From Mobula birostris (taxonomy: Eukaryota), in assembly GCF_030028105.1 (NCBI RefSeq), contig NC_092401.1:6854984-6918983 (forward strand): DNA of 64,000 nt. The letters run 5' to 3'. The notes below the pieces were generated by a model. It was not told the DNA's origin. It did not search any database and was given only the letters and a program-made list of their open reading frames with translations. This document shows positions 25,982 to 38,840 of the stretch, one piece after another. The position numbers were made by a program, and so were the translations under genes. Position 1 is the stretch's first letter. Every line of letters begins with the position of its first letter.

Positions 25982-26794
25982 GTAAACTCAAGGATACTCT
26001 GGCACCTGGTCAGACATTACCTGGGTGGAACTCTGAGGACCCTGAGAATCAAAGGTGTCCTCCACTCTGTCAAGAAGAATGAGTCACTAACTGAAGCCTT
26101 GCTGTTGGAGATCGGAAAACGCTGTCCCAACCTGACTGAGCTGCGGCTGATTGAAATGAACCTGCGGGGCATTAATTATGAATGCCTGCCCCCTTCGCTG
26201 CTCAGCCTGGAGCTGACACATTGCGAGATTCCCTTGCACTGGTTCAGGGCTGCGGCTGCTGCCAATGGGACCCGTGTGCCGCCTCGCATCAAGAACCTGG
26301 AAGTGGACAATGTCCCCAACTTCTCAGACCAGCACCTGCAGAACCTTGCGTCCCGTACAGCACTGAAGGTACTGATCCTGTCGGGCACGTACAGAGTCAC
26401 TGACTCGGGCATCGAGAAGTCAGCTGAGTGCCTGTCTGAGGTAGTCCACCTCAAGCTTCACGGCTGCAACATCTCCGACGAGTCACTGCGCCACATCGCT
26501 CGGCATCTGACACAGCTCCGCACTTTGGACCTCACGAACTTCTGTTCTATGACCGACGCGGGCCTGGCCTGTCTCGGTGACCTGCGCTCACTGCAGTCCC
26601 TCTGCTTCGAGTACTGTGACCAGATCACTGTTGAGAAGCTCTTGGCCGTCTGCACCGGCCTTCCATCCCTGGCAAAACTCAACCTGAATGGGAATCCCTA
26701 CTCCGAGGGGGACCTGCAGAGAATCCGACAGAGCTTGCCGAACTGCACCGTTACCAACGATTTCCCTGCCATAGATTCTGTGCCTAAGTTTTAA
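25982..26794 (+). CDS. FBXL12: FBXL12 exon 3 (leucine-rich repeats)
   Basis: VNSRILWHLVRHYLGGTLRTLRIKG...LILSGTYRVTDSG; AMN1-type LRRs; three-exon structure as in human FBXL12; CDS 993 nt. Confidence 0.9.
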   Translation, partial: VNSRILWHLVRHYLGGTLRTLRIKGVLHSVKKNESLTEALLLEIGKRCPNLTELRLIEMNLRGINYECLPPSLLSLELTHCEIPLHWFRAAAAANGTRVPPRIKNLEVDNVPNFSDQHLQNLASRTALKVLILSGTYRVTDSGIEKSAECLSEVVHLKLHGCNISDESLRHIARHLTQLRTLDLTNFCSMTDAGLACLGDLRSLQSLCFEYCDQITVEKLLAVCTGLPSLAKLNLNGNPYSEGDLQRIRQSLPNCTVTNDFPAIDSVPKF

Positions 26795-27459
26795 CCGCGG
26801 GTTGTATTTTTCACCCTGGTAGTGCTTTGGCTTTGTCGGGAGGATTGGGAGCTTGCCAACTGCACTACACAACCTGAGCTGTTCTTTATTCTCTTGCATG
26901 GATTTTGTGCGGTCGGTCAGGTCCCAAAAAGCATAGTGTTTGAATGGACAGAAGCTCGCTGCTGAACCACTCATCTCCCAGTCTGGTACCCGTGACACCT
27001 CTCTAGTGTGAGGGAGAGTTAGTACCCTGAACGAATAATGTGGGAGTTTAACTCGGAGTGGGTTCGGATGAGGCAGATAGAAACTGCTGAACAGGGGTGA
27101 TCTAGGAAGCTGTTTGGTCGCTGACGTCAAGGCAAGCAGGACCTGGTGCTCACTGTGGCTCTGTCTTTCGGATTGTGTGCCAATGGTTTTGAGTTGCTGG
27201 GACTGCGGAAGCCAGCACAGAGCTGAGCACATTACAAGGAGGAAAAGCAGAGAGATGGAACGCGAACTGAATTACACTGCAAGATTGTCAGCAGCCAAAT
27301 GCACAAACCCTGGACTGCTGTGCTGAGCAGTGGCGTGGGGGCTAATCAAATGGCTCACGGTTTGCCGGTGGCCCATGAAGAATACTTAAATTGTTCATTA
27401 AATGTCACACTCATTCAGCTGGTAACTTTATTTGAGAGCTCTGTTTGTGCATTTTGAAA

Positions 27460-27465
27460 AATAAA
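27460..27465 (+). terminator. FBXL12 polyadenylation signal
   Basis: AATAAA about 670 nt after the stop, followed by U-rich sequence. Confidence 0.6.
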
Positions 27466-28334
27466 CTTTATCATTTGTAACAATTTACATATTTCTCTAT
27501 TTCCTGGTAACTGATGTCCCCTTTGATTGAGTGCATTGGCCATTTGTGGTTTATCCGTGAGAAATGCTTCCGAAATGTTTCTTTACATTGAGGATAATTT
27601 TAGGGCAGGATGGCTTGTTGCAAGGAGTGATTGAAGCAAAGTCAGTTACATAATTTAAGGTAGAGTTTAATATTTAAATAGGAGAGAGAGTGGGACAGTA
27701 GGACTTTACACCTGTGTGACAGGTTAGTGGTGTTGCAAAAACATCTGCCTCTGAATTTCTCTCTTCCGTCTATGGACTGATTACCCCCGAACCTGGCATG
27801 AGTTTCCACGTTCTAAATGTTGGTGCACAGCTCCAGCCCCTCTGTGCCTTAACTCACTTCTGTGCCATCTGCAGGTTACGGCAGAGTGTCGTAAGGCTTG
27901 ATACTGAGAAGCTTGAACCCATTCTTTCTCGTGACCATCCATGTGCTCTGCTCTTTTGACACTGATGTTACTCTGCTCTGTAATGGTCCATACTGTACAG
28001 AAATAGATTCCACTTACTAATCTAATGTCCTCCTAATTCCCCACAGCATTCATTGTAATATTTAATGCCATCTTCTGCTACCTCTATCTCCCCTGGTTCT
28101 GCAAACATCTCGGAGCTGACCCACTCATTACCCCTTTCCCCCAAAGAACCATTACCAGCAGCCGGGGCAGAGTTGTGACCATGCTGTGGCCTTGAACCTG
28201 GTACCTCTCCCCCGCTTGTTTCCCTCACATCTGACAACACAGAGGACACCTGTGTCTCTTTGCTTATCACAATTGACTGAAACAAAATGGGAAAGCAAGA
28301 AAATAAAAACTATAAACAAGCCAGGTTAGCAAGT

Positions 28335-28700
28335 CACAAACAAGAAAACCTGCAGATGCTGGAAATCCGAAGCAACACACACAAAATGCTGGAGGAGCTC
28401 AGCAGGCCAGGCGGCATCTATGGATAGGAGTGAACGGTCGATATTTCGGGCTGAGACCCTTCTTGAGGATTGGAAAGGAAGGGGAGAAGTCAAAGTGAGA
28501 AAGGGGGGAGGGGGAGGGGAGGAAGAAGTACAAGGTGGTAGGTGATAGGTGAAACCGGGAGGGGGGCAGAGGGTGAAGTAAAGAGCTGGAAAGTTGGTGA
28601 GAGAGAGAGAGCAGGAGGGGGGGAAATCTGAGACGAGAGGATTGAAGGCCATGGAAGAAAGGGAAGGGATAGAGCACCAGAGGGAGTTTATGGGGAAGTG
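28335..28700 (-). mobile_element. Penelope-derived short repeat with degenerate hammerhead motif
   Basis: Family tail TGCTGCCTGGCCTGCTGAGCTCCTCCAGCATTTTGTG-like and AGGGTCTCAGCCCGAAA on the minus strand. Confidence 0.75.
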
Positions 28701-29359
28701 AATCTTTTGACAGAAAGACATGAGGGAAATGAAGAAGGTGAAAAGTATAATGAATTTTGGGGAATCTAATGCTGCTTCCTGCCTGTTCAGACCACTGCCA
28801 AAAGCAGCGTCTTCATTTTCCTGTTAATTTATTTCAATTTATATTTCAATTTACTGACTCAATCTGAACAGTATTAGGAAGGTTTTGCTTCAAAGACTTC
28901 ACAATGTTTCAAGCTGTTACATGACACTGCTGCATTTGTTGAAGCAGTTTATTTTTGTTCTGGTACCTTGGTTTGTGGAGTGCTTTACAATTATGCAGTT
29001 CCTATGGTTACCAGTTTGTTTCTAGAGTTGTAATCTGTCTTGGTAAAAGCACCAGAGGAGAAATAAAGATTTCAATTTTATGCTTTGTCCATCTTTCATT
29101 TATGTTCGCCAGCCTTGCTAGCAATCCCACTCCAAGCTCCACCACAACCCCCAGTAGAGTTCAAGAATAGCCTTGCAGTGGTACAGGTCACACTCGAGAC
29201 TGGAGTTCCGTTTATTTGTGCTTTCTGGTAAAGCATAAAACATAGTTTGATGAATAATATTACTTAAGAAATCAAAATCATTCAGATTCCATCCTGTCAC
29301 TTGACATGAACAATTATATTTAATTAGTCTGAGTTTTAGTGTTTGAGAATGTAAATATA

Positions 29360-30855
29360 CAGTGCCTTGAAAATGTATTCAGACCCCAGTCCTTTACGCA
29401 CAGGTCGGTCAATTTAACTGAGAAGTTTTATTTGTGAATAACATGCTCCTCTTTTTACAGTAGAGGCCAGAAAAGGGGGAAATTGTAAACCACAAAAAAC
29501 TAAAATTTCAAAAACTGAAATGTGAGTAGTTCAAAAGTATTCATCCCCCTTTCCTCAGTGCTTAGCTGAACCACTGATCGCAGCTATTACAGCCAGTTGT
29601 CTTTTTGAATAAGTCTATATTTGCTTTGCACAACATGATGAAGCAAGATTTGCCCATTCCTCCTTGCAAAATTGCTCATGCTATGCCGGGTTAGTTGGTG
29701 AGTGAAGACGGACAGCAATCTTGAGGTTCAGGCAGAAATATTTATTCTGGTTAGGTCTGGACTCTGACTGGGCCACTCAAGGATATCAATTTTCTGCATT
29801 CCATTGTTGTTCTGGCAGAGTGTTTTGGGTCAGTGTCCTGCTGAAAGACAAACTTCCTCCCCAGCTTAAGCTTTCGGGCAGAGGCGAACAGGTTTAGATC
29901 TGGAACTCTCTGTATTTAGCAGCATTCCTCTTCCCATCAATCCTGACAGGATGTCCAGTCCCTGCTGCTGAAATGCATCCCTATAGCATGATGCTATCTC
30001 CACCATACTTTACAGTAGAGATGGTGTTATCTGGTTGACATGCAGTTTTAGAATTATGCCATATGTACCACGTAGTGTTGAGACCAAAATGTTCCACCTT
30101 AGTCTCATATGACCTGAAGACTGTCTTCCACATCTTTAGAGTATTTTCAAGTGATGCTTTCCAAAGTCTTTACTAGGAAGATATGTTTGTTTTTTAGCCA
30201 GGGCTTCTTTCTTGCTATTCTTCCACAAAAAAAAATTGTGTAAGGCCTTAGAAATGGTGGAGCCATAAACTTCATCTCCAGTTGGTAGCCACTGAGTTCT
30301 GCAGCTCACTTCAAGTGACTTGGCGTTACAATAGTCTCTGTTACAAGTGCCATTCTTCTCCAGTGGCTGAGCTTAGGGAGGCAGACTGAGCTCCGAGGTA
30401 TGTTCAGTGCCTTTGAGATGGTCTTGTACCCTTCCCCAGTTTGTGCTTCTCTATTATCATCTCCTTCACTTGTCTTGAATGCTCTTTTGTCTTCATTTTG
30501 GTTTGGTCTATTAAAAATCTACCATACTGTTGGACCTTGCAGAGAGAGGGGGTATTTATTTGTATGAATTCATTGAAAACAGGTGATCCTCCAATTTTCT
30601 ACATCATGAAATTTAGTAAATACAGTATTACACCTGTGGAAAGTTAGTGTAGTAATTACAAAGGGGATGAATACTTTTTCAGGCTCTTGATTTTGGTTTT
30701 TAGCTTTTAGTAAATTGTTGACAGGTTTTGGAATTTCTCTTTTGATTTGACATGATACACAATGGTTCGTAAAATAGCTCTAAAATCCTACAATATATTT
30801 TAAATTTAGAAAATGAGGTGGTAAAACGTGAAAATAGTTGTGTGGGTAGGTACTG
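29360..30855 (-). mobile_element. Tc1/mariner transposon (second family), decayed
   Basis: TA-CAGTGCCTTGAAAATGTATTCA terminus; internal AAAAGTATTCATCCCC repeats at both ends; decayed transposase on the minus strand. Confidence 0.8.
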
Positions 30856-30859
30856 TAAG

Positions 30860-31405
30860 GGCAGCAGAATCAGGTTTAATATCACTGGTATACGTTGCGA
30901 AGTTTACCTTTGCGGTAGCAGTACAATGCAATACATAATGAGAAGAAAAAACAATTACAGTGTATATAAAATAGTTAAGTTAATAGTTAAATAGAAAACA
31001 GAAATTTTTAAAAAAGAGGTAGTGTTCACGGGCTCATTCCATTCAGAAATCGGATGGCAGAGGGGAAGAAGCTGTTCCTGAATCACTGAGTGTGTGTGTT
31101 CACACACCTGTACCTCCTTCCTGATGGTAGCAATGAGAACAAGGCATGACCTTGATGAGTGGGGGTCTTTAATGATAAATGATGCCTTTTTGAGGCATTG
31201 CTCCTTGAAGATGACCTGAATACCACGGAGGATAGTGCTCGTGATGGAGATGACTAAATCTACAATCTCTGCAGCTTAATGTGATCCTGTGCAGTGGTCC
31301 CCTCCACCACCCCATCCGCCCCATACCAGACGGTGATGCAGCCAGTTAGAATGCTCTCTACAGTACATTTGTAGAAATTTATGAGTTTTTGGTGACATAC
31401 CAAAG
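30860..31405 (-). mobile_element. Rex1/Babar-type LINE 3' fragment
   Basis: Similar to 14168-14590 (CCATACCAGACGGTGATGCAGCCAG = reverse of GCITVWYG). Confidence 0.7.
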
Positions 31406-31694
31406 ATCCCAGGTATATTTCGTTTTAATATTTTTACTTCCTATATGTGACTTTTTACATTTACTTATATTAAATTTCATCTGTCATTCATCTGCTCACA
31501 TCTATATTCTGTCTGGATTTAGCTGTCTTGATTCTGCTGCCTGAATGTTATCAACTCACCCCTCTAATTTTGTGTCATCGGCAAACTTGATTCAGATTTG
31601 AATTTTAAATCCTACATGAAGTGATCAGGGCAGGATTTCTACACTTAGGAAATATTGCAAAGGTGTGTCCATTTCTGTCACGTAATGATAGGTT

Positions 31695-32456
31695 ATCATT
31701 ACTTTTTGAACACAAACACACGCAACTGACGGTATTGCTCTAAGCACTGTGTAGTGTCTAACGGCCACACAAGTTCACACGACTGACGCTAGTTAGAAAT
31801 GGTTCAGCAAGACTCCTGTTCCAATTATGTGGCAGTGTTCCAAATAAATGAGGGGAATCTCGGCTAATTTCTCAATTAGTGTTTGTTCTTTAAGGGTTGT
31901 CCCATATAAATGGCTGCCCGATTAACCGATGACCCAATTAACCAGAATGCACTGTACTTGTCTCCTTAATTCATAGAATTTTGCCGTAGAAGATGCCGGT
32001 CTAAATCTTTATTTGCTGTTGAAGTTAGCAATAAAAAATTCTACAATTCCTAGTCCAAAAGGTAATGTTGCTCCTGGTCAGTACCAAACCATTCTTGGTG
32101 AAAACAACACCATCCTTGGTTGGTGACTCTCCTTCCCACTGTATAATTGCTTGTGTCTTTTTCTTTCTCATGCCAAGTTACCACTTTGGGTAATAAAAGA
32201 GGGTGGGCTGTTGCCATGACTTTTTTTTGTCCTGTGTTCTTTCTGTCTTCTCTGCACAGCTCCAACAAAACTCAATTAAGCCTTTCGATGAGGGATATTA
32301 TGGTCTACCATACTGAACAATGAGTTCACCAATTTTAGAAGCCAGTTATTGTTCCCATTTGAAACTCCTCAAAGCCCTTTATTATTTTCTTTCTTGACAG
32401 GTTTTATTTTTGCTTTCTTTCATGTTTGCGGATCGTTCTTTCAATATTTATTTTTC
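31695..32456 (+). repeat. ~760-bp near-identical direct copy of 58723-59495
   Basis: Direct sequence match; the same 72-aa spurious ORF occurs at 32050-32268 and 59089-59307. Confidence 0.95.
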
Positions 32457-32934
32457 ACTACGTGACTAGGTAGAATATCGGAGCCCCTGAGTTTGAAGAT
32501 ATTAAAATGAATAAAGCATAATAATAACCTACCTACAGTTATTTTGCACCCGATTTGTAACAGTGAATGTGAAAGTGTTATACTCAGTCCCATCAATGAA
32601 GTCATCAATATAGATAAATCATTCAGAGCGCAGCTAAGTTCATTAAAGCTTTTCATTAGTAAAATCCTGCCAACCTGAAAATAGCTCATTTAATTCCCAG
32701 CCTTCAATGTCTTGTTGCACTGCCCGTACATCTGTTTGTACACTTCCACTTGTCCAGTTTTTGTGTCAGCAATATACAGTCTTCACGTTCTTAACGGAAA
32801 GCATGTAAACTTGTTATTTTGCATTGGCAGTAGCAGTCCCCTAGGGTTGACGATAACTTGTTCTTACTGCCATTGATTGGGCCCTAAGGCTGCCAATGAG
32901 TCCCATGGAAATCTGGAAGGCAGGTGGAATTTAA

Positions 32935-34270
32935 GAACATTTAGAAAGTTTTTGCTAAGAACAGGCCATTCGGCCCAGCAAAGCTTGCCAAATTCCTATT
33001 CACATAGCGTGTTGTAATAACTATCGGGTTTAGATTTCAAGGTACTTCTGTCAACTACACAACTATGTAGTTTGTTCCCTATGTCCACAAGTCACTGTGT
33101 AAAGAAATGCTTCCTGATGTTAGTCTGAAATCTCCCTTTAACCAGTCTCCAGCTATGGCCATGTGTCCTTGTTCATGGATTAATTGTGAAGTAGCACCTT
33201 ACTTATATCCTTTAAAGATTTTAAACACTTCTATCATGTCTTCTCTCATTCTATGTGTACTTAAGCTAAAAAGATTTAATTATTTCAATCTTTCTTCGTA
33301 GCTCATACCCTGCGGACCTGGAGTGAGTATAGTCGCCCCTCTCTGGACTCTCTCCATTGCCTTAACATCCCTCACATGATATGGAGAGCAAAATTGTACA
33401 CAGCACTCAATGTGAGGCCTCACAAGCGCATCATACAGCTGAAGGAGAAAGCCTCTTGACTTGAACTCCACTGAGTGCATTATATAGCCCAAAGTTCTAT
33501 GAGCCTTCCTAATGGCTCCTGTGCATTGTCTAGATGATGATAGTGATGAGTCTACCAGGACACCCAAATCCTCCTCATACAGTGCACTTTGCAACTCAAG
33601 ACCTCCCATTATATATTTAAATTTATTATTTCTACTTCCTACATGTAATATTTTACATTTACTTACATTAAATTTCATCTGTCATTTATCTGCCAACATC
33701 TGTATTTTGTTTAGATCTAACTATTGATTCGTCTGTTATCAGCCCGTCCCACTAATTTTGTGTCATCGGCAAACTTGATTCAGATTTGAATTTTTGAATC
33801 CCATAGTGACCAGAGCAGGATTTCTACACTCCGGGAATATTGCAAACGTGCGTCCCTTTCTGTCATGTAATGATACTGAAAAACTAATTCACACCTTTAT
33901 ATTGAATAGACAAGATTATTGCGATACACTTTCTACTGGCCTTCCAAAGCGATCTACTGACAAACTTCAACTCATTCCGAACGCCGCTGCTCGACTTCTA
34001 ACCAAAACCAGGATAAGGCGACATATCACCCCTGTACTAACAACTCTGCAATGGCTTCTTTGTCTTTTAGAATTGATTTTAAAGTCTCTTACCTGTTTTT
34101 AAAGCTCTCAATGGTCTGGATCAGAGTACACCACAGAATCAATCTTGTTTTATAACCCTGCCGAGCTCTCAGGTTTTCTTCTGCCGGCCTCTTAAATTTA
34201 AACAGTCTTCCTCAAAAGATAATTGGCAGGTCAGCTTTTTGAGAACTATGCTTCTAAGCCGTGGAACTCA
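32935..34270. mobile_element. Back-to-back CR1 (minus, ~32935-33775) and L2 (plus, ~33776-34270) fragments
   Basis: Minus ORF MKFNVSKCKILHVG...LVRPHIE (CR1); plus ORF NIANVRPFLS...DYC...NAAARLLTKT...HITPVL (L2). Confidence 0.85.
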
Positions 34271-35060
34271 ATACCTAAAATTGTAAGACAGATAGATTCT
34301 TTATTGATCCCAAAGGAAATCGCAGTAATACTACATTTGCACAGATATACAAATATTTGAAAAGTGAGAAAAATAAATAAGTTACCTTAAAAATAAGATG
34401 TACAAGATTTACACTGATAAGATTGTAATACGAGAATGACCATAATATTATACAGTAATGGGTGCACATTCACACCATCCAGCTAGGAAGTGATGATAGC
34501 AGGGTGTGGTGAACAGAGGTTAATAACAGTCGGACAGAAGGACCATCACTTCCCTGGCTACAGGTTGACTCATTATAGAGCCTAATGGCTGAGGGTAAGA
34601 ATGACTTCAACTAGAGATCTTTGGAGCAGCACAGTTGTCTTAGTCTATTACTGAAAGCTCCCCTGTTCAGCCAAGGTGGCTTGCAGAGGGTGAGAAACAT
34701 TGTCCAGAATTGCCTGGATTTTCTGGAGGGTCCTTTGTTCTACCACAGCCACAGTGTCCAGTTTGACTTCTGTAACAGAGCCAGCCTTTAGAAACCATAG
34801 AAACTACAGCACAGAAACAGGCCTTTTGGCCCTTCTTGGCTGTGCCGAACCATTTTCTGCCTAGTCCCACTGACCTGCACGGACCATATCCCTCCATACA
34901 CCTCCCATCCATGTATCTGTCCAATTTATTCTTAAATGTTAAAAAAGGACCCGCATTTACCACCTCGTCTGGCAGCTCATTCCATACTCCCACCACTCTC
35001 TGTGTGAAGAAGCCCCCCCTAATGTTCCCTTTCTAATCAGTTTATTGAGCCTGTTTTCAT
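34270..35060 (-). mobile_element. Rex1-type 3' fragment with a young CR1 3' end inserted (~34790-35030)
   Basis: Rex1 tail resembles 11641-12125; CR1 tail is near-identical to 63785-64000. Confidence 0.8.
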
Positions 35061-35129
35061 TGTGTCTGGTATGGCTGAATTAATTCATTAAATTGGTCTG
35101 CAGCCAACACTGCTCTCGGTTCATGGGGG

Positions 35130-35830
35130 TGGATGTGGACTCGGCCTGCTGCTGCTCCTCCGGGCCTCGGGGCGGCGCTGTCGTGGCAAGGGGCGGCGCA
35201 GAGTTCAGAGGGGGGGGGGAAGGCGCCGCTCTTTACATCCGTGTTGCCAATGGTCGTTAGGGGACGGCTGTCCGCTTCCTTAACCTGATATCCGCGCAGA
35301 AACCCAGCCAACGATGGGCTAAGGAGCCGTTTGAAGCTCCCACCGTCGCCACGAAGCTACCACACGCCCTAAGTAACGAGGAAGAGATGGGTTAGGGTGA
35401 GTGATTTACTGATTGTCGAGCCTGACTCCGGCAACCGGACGGCAAAGCGGAGGGGTGGGTCCGCAGGCGCTGATTGGCTGCTCGGCCGCTAATCAAATGT
35501 TTCCCTGTGTTGTGATTGGTCCCTGGAAGTCTCTATCATGTCTTGCACCAAAGTGGGGATAAGTTTGGACGCGGTGACGTTTAGTTTTGTGGTGCGGGCC
35601 CGGGGGCGCCATCCACTTTCCCCACCTTATGCTCCTTGTTACTTTACTTGTCAGTGGAGCGCCCAGGAGTAGTTTACCAGACCGTCAAGGCGGTTTGAGA
35701 TGCTCGCAGCTCCTATTACACAATCCAGTTGCAGATCTGGGTGAATTTACAACCTTACTTTCAACTAATTTCCTTTCACGGAATGAACTTCAACCAGTTA
35801 CATCTGTAACCGAATGGACTCCGCTGTGAG
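35130..35830. promoter_or_regulatory. CpG-island promoter, probable ATG4D TSS and non-coding first exon (possibly bidirectional)
   Basis: CpG-rich; ATTGG (inverted CCAAT) at 35473 and 35515, GC-box-like GCGGAGGGGTGGG, TGACGT at 35575; + strand donors at 35741 (GTGAAT) and 35826 (GTGAGT); the ATG4D ATG exon has a strong acceptor, so it needs an upstream exon. Confidence 0.65.
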
Positions 35831-38474
35831 TTGTCGTTTTTTAAAAAATATAAATATTGACCGCGATGCATCTACATCTTAGTGTAAGTGTTTCACAACA
35901 GGTGATGGCGTGTAAACTGTAGTTACAGCGTTTATGAAGCAATTGGCACAGGTTATTAAGTGACCCACGAATTCCTTCGTTCTCTGCGGTGGGAGAATAT
36001 TTTTTGATTTTGTTTTGAAGGCCGCGATTTAGAATCCAGCAGAGTAGACAGGAAATGCTACTTGTATAGACATTAATTGTAGGGGGGAAGATTGTGAGGG
36101 AACTGTGTTCCAATTGAGGGTAATAAATTCGAATAACGAATGCCCAACAAGTCAGGCCATACTATAGAAGAGAGAAATGTAATCAGTGTTGCGGGTAAAT
36201 CACCTACAACCGAAGTAGGCAATTTTGATACGAAGGAAGAAGGTAAGCTGAACGTTTTGAGTTCACTCTGAACATCTGCAATGTGGCCAAGTGGAATGTA
36301 GGGTGCTTTGTTTTGTCCTAAATGGAAAAGAGGTTAGATTGGAGAGAGAAAGAGCAAAGGTGAAGGACAACTGGATGTTTAGAATCCCTTAGAAAGTAAA
36401 TGCAGCTACGAGTCATCGAGTGTACCTTTAGCTTCTCCAATGTAGAGACCACAGTATGAGCGAGCAACAGATTCAGTAGCCCACACAAAATGCTGGAGAC
36501 ACTCAGCAGGCAGCCAACAGTAAACAGTTCAGGCTGAGACCGTTCATCAGGAGTCCTGCCTGGCCTGCTGAGTTCCTGCAGCATTTTGTGTGTGTGTGTT
36601 GCTTTAGATTTCCAGCATCTGCAGACTTTCTCATGTAACGGGTTCAGTATACTAGATTGGAAAGTGAATATCCAGAAATTTAACTTGGTTAACTCTCCTT
36701 CCACATCTGCTTCCTGACATGAGTATTTCTGTCATTTTCTGTTTTTATTTCAAACTACTGGCATCTGCAGGTGTTTGATATTTATTTAGGGGAGGGGGAT
36801 CCAGATCCCACATTTATGAGTGAATGGGTCAGTAGAAATGGTGTCTATACATTACAGAAAGATAATTGGGCTGAGTGAAATGTCCTCTAAAGTAGCACAA
36901 GGAAGAGATATTTATCTCCAATATTAATCTAGTTATGGCATTTTCTAGCAAAAATTAATAATTTCTATTAATTTGTCATGAGAAATATGGTTTTGTTTTT
37001 GCTCATTTGTGTGATAGTCATGTGATAATGAAGTTGTATCATTTTTTTAATGCATGCATTTCTAAATGACAATAAACGAAGACTGAGTGTCCTCATAATC
37101 TAATCTAAAAGTTATTGTGATAGAATGACATGCATCATTACAGAACTCTGCATTGGGTAAGCACGATGTTTTATTTTAATGAAATATTCTTAGACCTTAA
37201 CAATAGTTTCTGAGCTATGAAGGGTTTCATGCGCTTTTATAGCTTTTTATATTGTAACACCATGATCTGTTGCACATAACTAAGATATTTTCTTCTAATG
37301 TGTTGGGAAAATGTCTAGCTGGTTGAACAGTGTCCATGGAGAAAAGAATCCGGTTCCCAACCTGGGTGTGCAGATCCCTTGCCCAATGGTATTGGTTTGT
37401 GGCATAAAGAAGGTTTAGAGCACGGAAATCAAGGACTTGTTTCCCAACCCTGGGATAAGTCAGTTGAGTCTACAAAGCACAGAGGTCGGAGTTATTGGGC
37501 TGGATGAGGCTGCAGTGAACAGGAGTGAAATCACAGATGGGTTTGGAAATGAAGATAAGAATTTAAATAATTAATACTGTCTGACAGCACTGCCAGTGTA
37601 AATCAACAAGCATAAACTCAATGCTCTATCTCCCACCATGGTTCAGTATTTATTATATCTTAAGTCTGTACATTTCATTCATCAGCTTTTCCTACCGCAA
37701 TGTTTTCAGATTTGAGGTTAGTCTCGTTAATCTCACAATGCACGTTATTTTCTATTCTCCAGTGGTGATATTAAACCTGATTCTGATGCTGTCCTCACAG
37801 GATGTCTTTGTATAGTTTTCAGCAAATGTTATAAAGTATATTTGGTAAAATGAGTTCTTAAACGGTGCAGATTTGAGCTGCCAGGGATGAAGTAGGTGGC
37901 TGTCTCGTCGTTTTCAGTGTGATGGAATTGTGAATTCACGTAGCATGAAGTTTTCTTCTGTCGAGTTATGTGAGAGTAAGAATGAAGTCATTAGTGACGA
38001 CCATTTTCAAACCTGTAATAACTGAACTTACTTTGCTTGAGTATTGTTATTTCTGAAAATAATTTTAATTCGTTACTGACTGTACCTATCACATTAACAG
38101 GCTGTCCTGGTACAAACTGAAATTAACCCAGTTACATCCAACATTCACAGAGTTCATATCTGTAGAATGACTAGTTCTCCACAAGGAAGTCCATCTATTA
38201 AATAATATTATTTAGTATTTAATTTCCTAGCTTAAGGTAATTTCTCCAAATATCTATTCATACTTGCCAATTACATCTGGTTATTGGACCACCAAGGTAA
38301 ATACTCATTGTCTCGATGTTCCTGCCTTCAAAATACCCAGACTGTCTGTGCAGTCAAAGTCTGCAGTGTTCATGTTTTAGAATCTAGTGGGGATCATGAC
38401 ACGCTGGGATGTATGTGTGGCCAACTTCTAGCTCTGTCTAATTGGATTTAATTTTAAGTGACTGTATTTCTGCC

Positions 38475-38840
38475 GCAACACACACAAAATACTGGAGAAA
38501 CTCAGCAGGTCGGGCAGCAGCTATAGTCGATGTTTCAGGCCAAGACCCTTCTTCAGGACTGAGAAGGAAGTGGGAGGCCGCCAGAATAAAAAGATGGGGA
38601 GGAGGGGAAGAAGGCGAGCTGGAAGATGATCAGTGAAGATGGGGGGGGCGGTGGGAAAGGTAAGGGGCTGGAGAAGGAGGAATTTGACAGGAGATGAGAG
38701 TGGAGCATAGGAGAAAGGGAAGGTGGGGACCAAGGAGGAAGTAATAGGCAGGTGAAAAGAGGTAAAAGGTCAGGGTGAGGAATAGAGGGATGGGGGCAGG
38801 GGGGGGAATTGATTTACCAGAAGAAGAAATCGATATTTAT
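38475..38840 (-). mobile_element. Penelope-derived short repeat
   Basis: Same family as 17970 and 28335; best-preserved hammerhead core of this family. Confidence 0.75.
38525..38560 (-). ncRNA. Minimal type I hammerhead ribozyme motif
   Basis: AGUC-CUGAAGA-A-GGGU(CUUG)GCCU-GAAA-CA-UC-GACU: stem I, CUGANGA, stem II, GAAA, UH site. Confidence 0.55.

Noticed and set aside
26588-27232. 214-aa minus-strand ORF overlapping FBXL12
   Set aside because: No recognisable domain; antisense to a GC-rich CDS and 3'UTR, so likely a chance open frame.
29118-29300. LELYW as a UBL5 C-terminus remnant (NLELYYQ)
   Set aside because: Four-residue match only; surrounding sequence is unrelated.
32050-32268. Identical 72-aa ORF at two loci as a duplicated gene
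   Set aside because: It is a by-product of the 760-bp duplication, has a non-ATG start and no homology.
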